Position numbers and translations under genes: made by a program. 64,000 bases of DNA from a virus (lineage: Duplodnaviria; Caudoviricetes), in IMG/VR virus record IMGVR_UViG_3300021431_000101, positions 24,817 to 88,816 of that record. One strand, 5' to 3'. This document shows, piece after piece, positions 19,801 through 30,100 of the stretch (its first letter is position 1; each line of letters opens with the position of its first letter). Under the pieces are notes generated by a model, which saw only the letters and a program-made list of their open reading frames with translations, searched no databases and had not been told where the DNA came from.

Positions 19801-21119
19801 ATGGTAAAACTAATTTCTATAGAAAAGGTGAGTCAGATAATAAATTTGATAATGTACAAATTGGTTATAGAATAGACACTGGCAATACAACCCCTATAGA
19901 GAAAAAGGTTGTTACTAGACCTTCTTCTACAACAACTACTACTAAAGAAATAGTTTTTGATAAAAAAGGTGATAAACTTGTGGATATGTTAAACCATAAA
20001 CAAGACCACAAAAACTTAGTAGAAGAGATATTAGAGTTAATGTTAAACAATACACAGTTAAATTATCTTAAAAAAAGTAAGTTATATAAGGATTTATTAA
20101 ATATTAATATTATCTTTGATAAGAATTTTACAGGTATTGCTGAATATCATTCTAATACTGGTGATGTTTTGATTGGTTCAAAATTAATAGATGCTTTAAA
20201 CGATGATGATGCTACACAGCATGAACGTGTATTTAGACATTTATTACACGAATGTATTCATAAAAAGATAGATGAACTTAGTGAAGAAGAGCAAGAAATA
20301 TTATTTAACGGTGTTAGAGAAATCTTTGATGCTTTTGTAGAAGCTAACGAAAAAGATGGTCTACCTGCTGAAGACGGTATTCGACTTTATGAATATGTAA
20401 ATGCTAAAAGTAAAAAAGATTATTATACCAACGGTAAAATAAATGATGCAGGTCTTGAAGAATTTTTAATAGAATCTCTTGTTAGACCAGCACTTATACA
20501 AAGATTAAATAATATTGTTATAAATGATGAAGTAAAAAGATTAAAAATAGGAAATACTAATTCTAAAAACTTATTCCAACAATTATTAGCTATAATAGCT
20601 AAAATGTTTGGATTAAATATAAACAAAGGTAGTCTTCTTGAAAAAGAATATAATATGTTTAAAGAAGCTGGTATTTTCGATTATACACAAAATACTAATA
20701 ATACAACAAGTAATAAAGAAAATAAAATAAAAGATAATGCTGAACAACAAGCACCTTCTGATGTAAAAGAAAATCCAAATGTAAAAAATGAAACTTCAGA
20801 TACTTCTTCTACGGGGGAGGTTACTGAAATTCAAAATGTAAATGCAAAAGATGATGAAGAAACAGAAGAACAAAACGACAATATGTTTAATAAACAAAAA
20901 CCTTCAAACATACAAAGTCAAAACAAAGCTATAGAAGATATAACACAAGATGACGTTGATGATATAGATATAGATGATATCGATATTGATGAAAGTGTTA
21001 TTGAGGAATCTGAAGTAGAAGCTCCATCTTATGACTATGTTAGAGATAGAATTAATGAAGATGGTCGTGATGCTTTTGAGAATTTAGTAAATAATGGTGC
21101 AATACAAATCAAATGTTAA
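13821..21119 (+). CDS. giant virion cargo protein / RNAP-cluster subunit with zincin-like HExxH domain
   Basis: 2432 aa. N-terminal ejection-protein-like region (EGAEEAINYI, SAFWGVMGG). HLLHECIH at 20247-20261 plus downstream LEEFLIE. Confidence 0.75.
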   Translation: MNINDVFNAGGALIKNPNYAPGNGQPEYITSVNGNPLAEGFFDDSARGNNAIVGTTKDGLKAAKYGITQNRWEDLDTVLAEKQSNWEKTWNSAKQTVWNEIVLGTGIGIADLCDFVIGGIIRKASGEENDYSNPVSEYLKGVQEEYKEDNPIYATPGVDIFNGGLTNWGWYMNNMPSVASTLTLLIPSTGVAKGAAYLGKATKFFKGVGNARKFITAIDKVDKAADAAKAAGKELGVLGKISQWANNENTIRTTNQMINLGSNAMLQRIMENYQESGQVYSELLPKSTETINNMSDEEYAAFVDKNKDILEGVDTTNKEDVAKRITKASADETFKLDMINGVFDAFQMYGLRNVSRFMNAPMRAAVRRKHLNSIKYAGKTEKEVNEILAKRSFAQKAKDKISDLTYGSKILIGSELSEGAEEAINYIAQEEGLNYGNILLNSKDADTNDLTSRLWKYAQAPQLWESAFWGVMGGVVFQGGGSALARANNAVRTKYNERKNKQDDTTKEQVKQTSWSDAFKDSEIEERKQDIESRATAYNTLASEIEEINNNDKLSKEEKAIERKKAFDKHDRSLLMDSMWAGNYDLTRAYLESDEVKQAMVASGLLTQEQANERQRNILTLADRLEESFNRNMRVIGNAMRGKDEKTGADYSEVPYEYFKIIAAANMGYELSAEDYQKAIDEYQPTINSEEERLADKLKNNGIDYKQAIRAYIIAQQLGQIEANLEAAKKTKKQGRTDDDIDSSTISGQTTIDELNNRKKVLLNMLQTTMTGVATPIDEQLVSRANMITVLRAAAAIERNANDATGYKYNIKGKRFKDVDNALVKAYEEGEDNWAANAKALSALHSDFGNLKYNQFVDAYNHAKVVNENIGKALGVGGAIDDLNKLSSSLLKAYAGVTNNEIEKNIALSNIARDRDTVRNLAHKEHNIMNQERGVVLEYCNSVLKALSKKYSGEYGDLSEELAYGTLNKEAREKLKSILSNEDLMLYDDMMKIISLNARSVTQNNRNNTSAINTLLPELIKDALYESSSKEYEDVDVSILDRQSEEKPSETPQNQTQTTQFNNVSGTATQSQQSSKASQAGASNQQQTQSQNQQTNNVQAQTPSNSNVDFTRNTSGHVLSMPQAIVVLDADGKPTSLKQLGSSAGNNPNIDKSFVPVNKVDDYTYELDYKGDTTRTPSRLNDEEFTNSELFSVKTAIQDGGVVTENPKVVLDDESNVIEIRKGVIDVAEETEESETSSTGGSTESNTNQTSNEESTEEEIIESFNNYDSEEGSAIDDVAPDDDYDSETLSDTITADMMAYIKNKHELNEDYDENELLSLLTEKYKDKVDEDELKTVFNKFASFGRRLATRHKLNIKELEDITDFIKQSVIEESAVDGTAADKAREALDSTMNSILESFAKRTYIGEHEGKIVLSLENLLRYANDIAGDKYMAEFLYDKFKNYFAANRDKYILTEGRKINKSDIIHKASMTSEERLDNISSPNGRMLYIPNVRSMTKKQREAVYDVLDSLRPGDELTYEVDKNVVTIYAKGKVVGTCYEPRLDGKGYVSKNRGWIIDIPTSSTEIGDLERLFTRLLCNPNNEESISKVIQALETLRYTPYRNKEGELNSEYKQNAIAVLNAISDAGINLNQYTETNGSDDAKLDLVSYLNNIYRGVKEASEQLLTKQNLTREEYNEAILNRRKASIHNWFERLRDSYRTASILINNRNSKIVIDKVSQGGLIITNEEEAKPVNEKGVIGSEHKDKLEIVVQSITEPGVAYSTDGTRKPMVDMSSASTFVSIPKSDGTVALVHAYPQLISASHLKGEVKEIQNEILNEFERLLKEWSDDSNKSTKDIENFIKLLCGGRYDKSGVRTNNPLFRGLKVTPLTRGFKGIQISYYADNKVQRIQLFDEDSKGNKASVIKFEGQKARAFKKDANVRAEVIKQFKDVVNNNLRYNLEFDHVRGSASLKGVAKRNTKGKFTIQIPGGKPHTFSSYKSFILDNGIVAVTTKSTNGKTNFYRKGESDNKFDNVQIGYRIDTGNTTPIEKKVVTRPSSTTTTTKEIVFDKKGDKLVDMLNHKQDHKNLVEEILELMLNNTQLNYLKKSKLYKDLLNINIIFDKNFTGIAEYHSNTGDVLIGSKLIDALNDDDATQHERVFRHLLHECIHKKIDELSEEEQEILFNGVREIFDAFVEANEKDGLPAEDGIRLYEYVNAKSKKDYYTNGKINDAGLEEFLIESLVRPALIQRLNNIVINDEVKRLKIGNTNSKNLFQQLLAIIAKMFGLNINKGSLLEKEYNMFKEAGIFDYTQNTNNTTSNKENKIKDNAEQQAPSDVKENPNVKNETSDTSSTGEVTEIQNVNAKDDEETEEQNDNMFNKQKPSNIQSQNKAIEDITQDDVDDIDIDDIDIDESVIEESEVEAPSYDYVRDRINEDGRDAFENLVNNGAIQIKC
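16142..16157 (-). repeat. G-motif variant (CTATAGGGG class)
   Basis: Plus strand CAACCCCTATAGA (16141-16153), read as TPID. Confidence 0.5.
16984..17045 (+). repeat. degenerate ~90-bp element, copy D (inside CDS)
   Basis: AAACG...TTTAACAATGTATCG...CGCAAC. TTAACAATGTATCG is identical to copy C at 41503. Locally CG-rich patch. Confidence 0.45.
17526..17544 (+). repeat. G5 motif copy
   Basis: ACTTCTTCTACGGGGGGTT, read as SSTGG. Confidence 0.85.
19889..19906 (-). repeat. G-motif variant (CTATAGGGG class)
   Basis: Plus strand CAACCCCTATAGAGAAAAA, read as TPIEK. Confidence 0.55.
20802..20822 (+). repeat. G5 motif copy
   Basis: ACTTCTTCTACGGGGGAGGTT, read as SSTGEV. Confidence 0.85.
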
Positions 21120-21137
21120 TATAAAATTTTTATAATT

Positions 21138-24100
21138 ATGGCTTGCGTAATTAATGTAGATTTAAACAGAGCTAAAGCATTGAAGGCTCTTTATGATTAT
21201 TGTGGTAGTAATTGTAGTATGTTTTACTCTTATCTTACTACTGTTATTAAAGATGTAAATTCACAAGGTGAATTAGAATTTACTGATGAATTTAAACATT
21301 CTTGGAAAGAAAGAAAGAGTGTAAACATTAATGAATCAGACCCTGTAAAAGTAAAAGATGCTATAATAAAGTTTTATAATGAAAAGTACCCTTCTGTAGA
21401 GGAGGGTACTAGAAAAACTAAAGATTTTGATAAAGTTAAAATTTTTGGTTATACTAATATTAGTGCAAGAGAAGAAGGTAAAAGACATTTTGCTAATAAA
21501 ATGATTCAAGCATTTAATAATAACAAAAATGCTGGAGAAAAAGAAGTAAAAACAAATGTAAAAGCATATTGTGCTAAATATGCTATGGCTGTTTTGAAAA
21601 AGATATTAGTTAAACGTCTTAGTAAATTAACTGGTATTGATGAAAAAGAAATATTAGATAATATAAAAACAAATGGTAATAGTTATTTAAATGATATTCT
21701 AAAAAATCATAAAGATAATATAAACAGTCAATTAGAAAATCTTATAGCATTATATAAAGAATTTTCTACAGTTGATATGTATACTGTTTTAGGTATTGAA
21801 AAACCTGTAAATGCTAAAGATTCAAATCCTTATAAAGAATTTATACAAGAAGTTCTTTATGATAGTAGATTATCTGATATAGGACTTACTAAAAAAGAAG
21901 ATGAAGAAGCTATAGAAAATGCTTTCAATGAAGATTCTTTTGATGATGTTGAAATTGATGATGACCAACAAGGTGAAGCAGAATATGACACATATATTCA
22001 AACACTTAACAATAAATTAGGTTTAAGCACATCATTTATGACATATTTAGGTGCTAATATAAAACATCTTTTAGCATCTTTACCTAAAATGACAACAGAT
22101 GAATTAAATGGTGGAAAGTTTGTTAAAGATACAGATAATTGGTTTGGTATTCCTGATGTTATGGATGCTAATCAATGTGCTTCTGTGTTATATCATTATG
22201 GTAGATTTGATAATCCTGCTGTAATGATAGAAAGTATAAGAGATATAGCAAAACAACTTCCAGGTTATCAATCTTTTGATTTATTAGCAGATAAACTTGA
22301 ACAAAATCCAAATTTGCAATTAGAGTTTTATAGAGTATTTAAAAGAACTGTTATAAGTAAATTAGAAACAATTATAGAAAACGGAATACCTAAAACTAGA
22401 ATTGCAAATAGTGCTATAAATAAAGAAGCTACTTTAAAGTTTCAATTTATAAATGCTTTAAAAAGTTCTAGTTTAAAAGTTATTCCAGAATATGCTAGCA
22501 GACAAGCTGGTCTATTAAAAATAGCAATAGACGATTATAATGAAGTTAATGATACAGATGATAATCAACTAAGGGATATAATAAAGAAACTTACAGAACA
22601 GTTTAAAGCTTATTATCCAGATATTAATGAATTTTCTATTTGTAATTTTATTATTTATAATAAAGGAGAACAAGAAGCTGTAGATAAAAAAGCAAATCTT
22701 TTAACTATTTATAATAATCTTATAGATACAATAGATGCTTCTACAAACACAATAGCAAATTATAAGAATAAGCAAGTTGAAATTGCAAAAGCTAGATTAC
22801 ATAATAGAAGAGTAACAACTGGTAAAGAAGAAGGTAGTATTATAGATTTAAATTCTATTTATTTAGATAGTTATATAGATGATACTGCTGAAGCTGCTGC
22901 TACAAGATTAACAAATCTTATAGCAGATTATACTGTTACATACACACCGTTAAATACAAGAACTATAGATGGTAAGTCACAAGCAGATACTATAAACAAT
23001 AGTATGCTTACTTCTATAAGAGATACATTACAATCTAAATTAAATAAATTTGCAGAAAAAACAAATGAAAATGGTGTTGCTGTAAAAGAATGGGATGAAA
23101 AATCTCCAATAATGCAATTAGCTAAACATAGATTTCAATCTAAGCAATATGATTTTAGTACTATAATGCTAGAACATAGAGATGAAAACGATAATATTAT
23201 AAATTATGGTTTGTTTAGAGCAGAAGAACAAGATGATGGTACAATAAAATATGTACCTACCGACCAATGTTTATCTTTACTTCAAATACATTTATATCAA
23301 GGTGCTTCTGATGTAGATAGTGGTGATAACATTTTATATTCTAAAATGTCAAAAGGAGATTATATTGCTACTGCATGGAAGAACTTCTTTAATAGTACAA
23401 ATAATATAAATGGTGTTGATATGGTTGCTGATTACTTTATGAGAATACCATCTGATGCACCAAAAACTTTTTGTATTACTGCACCTAGATATAGTGTAAA
23501 AGGTTTGCTTAAAGCAAATAATACAAAACAATTAAATGATACTATTACAGACTTTATAAACAAAGTAAGTAATTCAAAGTTAGATACAACTGATTATATT
23601 GGCAGTTTTACAAATCCTATAACTGTAAGAAAAGATAGCAAATATTTAAATGGTGATGACTTTTATGAACATCTTATGACAGCTAATGTCGAAGGTGATA
23701 CAAATTTAAATATAAAAATACCATTAAATAGACAACGATTGTTTAAAGACGATAAAACTAAAACTATATCTATAGCTTTTAGATATGCTTCTTCTGATGC
23801 ACATGATAAGAATACAAATGTGTATCAGATGAGTGGTGTTTATTATAATGGTGTTTTACATAATGCTAAATTTGTAGGTTTTAATACAGATTCTATTGAC
23901 CATAGTATATGGAGTGATATAAGAACCATCTATTTTGACAAAGCTAATAAGAATGGCGATGTAGAATGGAATATTTCTGAAACACATCCTATATTCAGAC
24001 AATTAAAGAATGTATTTAGACAAGAACTTACTGATATGGCTACAGCAAGTTCTGTATTGTTTGAAAAAGTAAGAGATAAAGAAACAGGTAATTGGAGAAT

Positions 24101-27100
24101 AAAATGTGATACTAAAGGTCATCCTATAGTAAAGAAAAGCAAACTTATAGAAAGCAATGAAAAGCATAATGGTTTGCATCCTACATATCATTATGATAAA
24201 TCTGGTAAATTATATACTGTAGATAAAGATGGTAATGTTAAAGCTACAGGTAAAGTATTTACTAGTGACAGATTTATTGTTTATGATTATATGTCTGAAG
24301 AACAAAACCCTACTAGAAATTTTGGAGAAGAAATATTAAATGAAGGTTTTGGTTTATTCACAAGTAGAACAACAGATACCAAAAGAGTATTACAATTTGA
24401 CGAAGAAGGCAATATTGTATTAACAGATGAACAAGAACAATTAATAAATGATAAGATAAAAGAGTTTATATTAACTTATATTGAATCTGCTAGAACTAGA
24501 TTAAATGAGTTTGAAAATCTTATAGAAGATAATGAAACTAAATTTAATACTGAAAACATAGCAGAGTTTATGTTAAATACTCATTTAGCTTATATTGGAT
24601 TTAATGATTTCTTTGAAGGTGATACTAAGTTTTATGAAGATACACAAACCTTTTTAAAGAGAGCAAAAGAAGCTCAAGGTTCTGGTGTATCTTATGGTAT
24701 TTCTGATATTACAAAACCTATACAACCAGGACATAACCATGTAGATTCTCCATTGGATAGTGCTATATTTATGTTTAAAGCTAAAAATGGTAATCAAACA
24801 CAAATGCCTATTGAGATGTTTGATACATTTAGTGCTATAACTATTTATAATACTATATTAACTGACCAACCTATGATAGATAGATTAGTAAAACATCTAT
24901 CTGATAAAGAGGTTATGGGAAAAGCTGCTTTAAGTGAAGAAAGAGCTAAAGAACTCATGGAAGGTTTTGGTAATACAAAAGTTAATGATGCACAATCTTA
25001 TATAACATTCCAAGAATGGGTTAGACGTATAACAGCTAGAGGTCAGTTACCACAATATAAAGATTTGATAGATAGAGTTCTTGATGAAACTAAAGAATTA
25101 ACAGTAGATGATATTACTAAATTAATTCAAGTTCAAAAGAATTTCTATTATGACCAATATTATAATGAAGATACTAAAACAGTTTCTCCTCGTCAAATCA
25201 AAAATGCAGAGTTTGTATTAGTTCCTAGATTAATTAGAGGAACAGAACTTGAAAAAGTTGCAAAACTTATGCGTAAATTAGGTGTTGACCAATTAAATAC
25301 TGTTGAAACATCTAAAGCTGGACAATCTTATAGATTTACTCTTTGGGGTAAAGATGGTCATATTAGTGATGATATTCTTTCAGATATAGACAACCCAAAT
25401 AAAGAAGAATATACTAGTGAAATAATGAAATTGGGTGAAGAAGCTAAAGAATATTATAACTATAATTATCTTTATACTCAACAAGAAACTTCACAGCATA
25501 TAAATGATGAAAATAAAGCAGGTCTTCAAATTGTAAAGAAGATTGTAGATAATATAGATGTTAATTCTAATCCTGCTTTAAAGAAAGCTAAAGATGATTT
25601 CTTTAAATTATATGCTGCAAATATTAAAGCTGATGCAAATAGTTTGTTAGCAACATTAGGTGTTAAAATAAACACAAATGGAGAATTTACTGTAGATAAA
25701 AACAATGTTATAGAAGGTTTAGATTATGGCAAACTCTTTGATATGCTTAAAGAGGAACTTAATCGTTTAGGTCTTGATAGTAATATGAATGATTACTGTA
25801 CTCAAGACCCAAATGGTATTTTTGCTAATAGCACTATAATGCCTAATTATATGTCTTTAGTAGCATTTAAGTTTGAAAATATAGTACAAAGTTTATTTAA
25901 TAATAGAATTGTTAGACAAACTCTTCCAGGTTTCCATGCTGCTCAAATAACAGGTATTGGATTTAGAAGTCTTTCAGAAAAAGTTGATAAAAGTAGAACT
26001 TCTAATAAATTACAATATCATCCTAATTTGTATAAAAAAGATGGTTCTGATGAAACAATTACTGAAAGAGAATTAAAACTATTACCAGAAGAAGAACAAA
26101 AACAATATAAATTTGATAGAGTTGCACCTTATGTTGAAATAATGTTACCTGCTTCTAATTTTGGTTTTAAGAGAAGTGATTATCCAAATATGACTAAAGA
26201 AGAACAAAATAATATGTTCTTAACACAACTGCAAAAATATCATTTAGACGAGATACTTGGTTATCGTATTCCTACTGAAGGAAAACAGTCTATTTGTTGT
26301 ATGAAAGTTGTTGATTTTACAGATGATGCTTATGGTTCTACTATAGTTGTTCCTGATGCTTGGGTTTCTCAAACTGGTTCTGACTTTGATATTGATAGTG
26401 TGTATGGTATCCAATATGATACATATATTGATAGTAAAGGTCAAATAAAAAGATATGAATATACAACTAATACAAATGAGTTGTATAAACAATACATACT
26501 TCGTAATATGTCTAAAGAAGAAAGACAACAATATTATGAAGATTTAAAGTTTAATGAACCAACTATAAATGAATTTAAAAAACAAGCTACTGATAAAGAT
26601 GGTAATTTTGATAAACAAAAATATAACGAATTAATACAAAATGCAAAAGAACAAATAATAGAAGCTAATTTAGAAGATATTGCAGAAGAAAAAGGTTTGT
26701 TATCTAAAGAAGATTTTGGAAAACAATCAATAGAATTACAAAATTCAAAACAAGCGAGAAACAATGCTATGTTAGATAATATGAAAAAAATGCTAACAGA
26801 TAATGAATCGCTTGAAGAAAATTTATCAAGAAGTAATTTTGATAAAATTACTGATGCTTTAGATAAGTTTATTGTAGGAGATACTAGAACTTTAAGAGAT
26901 GCAAGAACTGCTTATAATATCATCGACCAATCTGAAATGCAAGAAGATGCTATGAGTGGTGCTCAACTTAAAGGTATTAGTATTATGAGAGATACATTTT
27001 GTTCAGTATGTAATACTGTCCATCCTACACTTGAAAATAACTCTGCTATAAAAGTATTTTATAGTATTTCTGATTTAAGAAATATTTTTTCTATAGAATC

Positions 27101-30100
27101 TAGTGTTACAGATGAAAAAGCAGAAGAAATAATAAAAGAAAAATTAAAAGCAAGATTTGGTAAAAATAGTGTATCTCCTTCTACGGGGGGGTTCGTTATA
27201 ACTCATAATACTTTTGGTTGGTCTTTGGATAATAAGAATATAGATGGCTATATACTTACTGCATATTCTTCTCAAACAACAGCTCATATACTTGATGCTA
27301 TTAAAGTTGGTAATGTACCTAATGTTAATACTGAAACATTTAAAGTTTACAAAACTCTTGTAGATATAGGTAGTAATTATGATACTGCTATTTCATTTAT
27401 AATGCAACCTGGTGTTAAGAGAATTGTAGATGAATTTAATAAAGTAAATAGTATATATTCTCCAGAGAGAAGTAGAAATTTTGTAAGAAAAGCTGTTCAA
27501 TCTATTTTAGATGAATTACATATTGATTATGAACCTACTGCATCATTAGAAGAAATGTTAGGTGAAGTAAATAATATGTATGATGATGTTCTTGAAGAAA
27601 TATTTGGTAATAATTTTAGTTTATCTACAGAAGATGAAGATAATGCAAAAGTTACACTAAATAGTAAAGTACAATATGATAGATTAAAAGAAGAAGGAAT
27701 CTTTGCATCTACCTTCCCCGTAGAGGAGAATGATAGAGGTAGAACTATTAGACTTCTTTATGATTTGCAAACTATTCTTACTTATAATAAAATTAATAAT
27801 TTAGCTAAGGATATTGAAAAGGTTGTAAAAGTATCAAATCCTGATAAGTTTGGTGCTAAACAAACAATTTTTGAAACAAGGCAAGTATTTGATGATATTT
27901 GTAATGTTATTATTGATAGCTATTATGAAAAGAAAGATGGTAGTATTGTAAACAATTTTAGATTACAAGCAAATGGTAAAAACATATTAGAAGTATTATA
28001 TCCTAATATTCAACTTGACGGAACTTTAGATGATGCTATTGCTTCTATATTGAATAATCCAACTTTTGAAAATGATTCTGTTTATCCACCATTGGCAGCT
28101 TGTCTTAAATATGGTACTGCTTTATCAATAAATATCAATAAATCTTTATTTATTACACAAAGTGATGCTTTTGTTGATTATATCAATAATCCTTTTGATG
28201 GTCTTAAATCAGTAATACCTATTGGTGGAAGACTTAATCCTAAAACAGCTAAACATTTCCAAGATTATGTTATAAATTATGTTGTTTCTCAAAGTAGATT
28301 TTTACAGACTCCTTTAAGATATGTAAAAGGTAGAGGTAGAAGTAGAGGATTTGATTATAATACAGAAGTTAAATTTAGTAATGAAGATGAAATAGCTAGA
28401 GTGTTTGGATTTAATAGGTCGCCAAATTATATAATAACAAATACAATAGAAAATGAAAATGGTGATGTAGAAGAAACCCAAACTGTATTTGAAGTAGAGA
28501 ATGTAAATGACCCTACACAAGAAGAAATAGATAATTTTAATCAACTCACTCCAGCACAGAAAATATCTTGGATTAAAGAACATTTTAGAAATACTGGTGT
28601 TTTTGATTATGTTGACGTAACTCTATTTAATGAAAAAGCTAGAGGTAAAAAAGCTGGTCAGCAAACTATAGAATTTATAGAAGAAGCTGCTGATATAGAA
28701 ACAGTAAGAAAACAATTTGAGTTAGCTTATACTCATACAAATCCTTTAGTTGCTTGTGCTGCTGCTGATATGATAAAATATGCTTTTATAGTAGAAGGTT
28801 ATCGTATGGGTATGCGTAATATATCAAAGATGATACCTAATAGTGTATTATTAAATGATGGTAGAATATGGGGTACAAGTATTGTAAACGATTCTAATGA
28901 TAAGATGCGTAATTTGGATATAATGCTTAGAGATTCCGAATTAAAACGTAATATCATTGAGAACTTTGTAAGAGGTAATGCTTCTGAATTAGGTATAAGT
29001 GTTAGAAATGTTACTAGATTAAAGAATGGTTTTGAGTTGATAAGACATTCTGGTAATGTATTACATTTAAATTTAAACAATGAAACTCAAAGAGTTTTAG
29101 CATCTAAATATGGATTTATAGTTCCTACAACAGAGTCTAGTTATAAAACTAATTCTTATGTAAAACTTAGATTTGGTAAAGATACTATTTTATATAAGAT
29201 AGATGTAAGAGATGGTGCTGATTTATTCTTAACACCATTAAATGAACTTAAATCTACTGAAAATGCTGAATGGTCAACAGATGATAGTCTTCATAAGTTT
29301 AGACCGACTGCTTATTATGAGGAATTAATAGATAATTATTTAAAAGCTGCTACCGCACAAAGATTGAATGATTTTAATTCTAAACTTTTAACAGAAGAAG
29401 TTAAGAAATTAAATAATGTTGAAGAATATGCTATACCTGCTGCTAAAAAAATGGATAAAACAACTCCTATACCAATAGAAGATTTTAACACAAATCAGTC
29501 TTATGATGGTATTAGAGAAAGTATAAGTGAATGGTATGCTAATTCTATAAATGATGCAAAACCTGTAAAATATATGTGGTATGCACCATTTAGTAAACAT
29601 ATTAAAGCATTTGGCACAGATAAAGGTTTAATTCAAAGAATTAATCTTACAAATGGTGGTGTTAAAGATTTCTTAATTCGTAAAGTAAATGTTGAACGAT
29701 TTGTTAAACGATATACTGGACAGAATATAAACAAACCTATAGAAAAATATGATGCTCCATTTGAAGAATTAATAAATCTTGTAAGACAAGCATATAGAGA
29801 TTTAGGTAATAACTTATCTATATATTTTGGTGATATTTATGCTATAGAGCCAGTAGATATGTCAACTTTAGAACAAAATGATATACCAGACGAAAGTACT
29901 ATTGAAGAAGTTGCTGTACAATCTGTTGGTAGTATCTATAAAAGAAGTCATAATCTTGTTGATTCTAGAGCTAGTAGACTTAATATGCTTTGGAAAAATA
30001 AAGATATTAAGGCTAAAAAGGATAAAATACCAGAGCATGTAGATGATGTTATAATCGGTACTGCTAAATATGTTGAAGAAATAACAGATGAGCTACTTAA

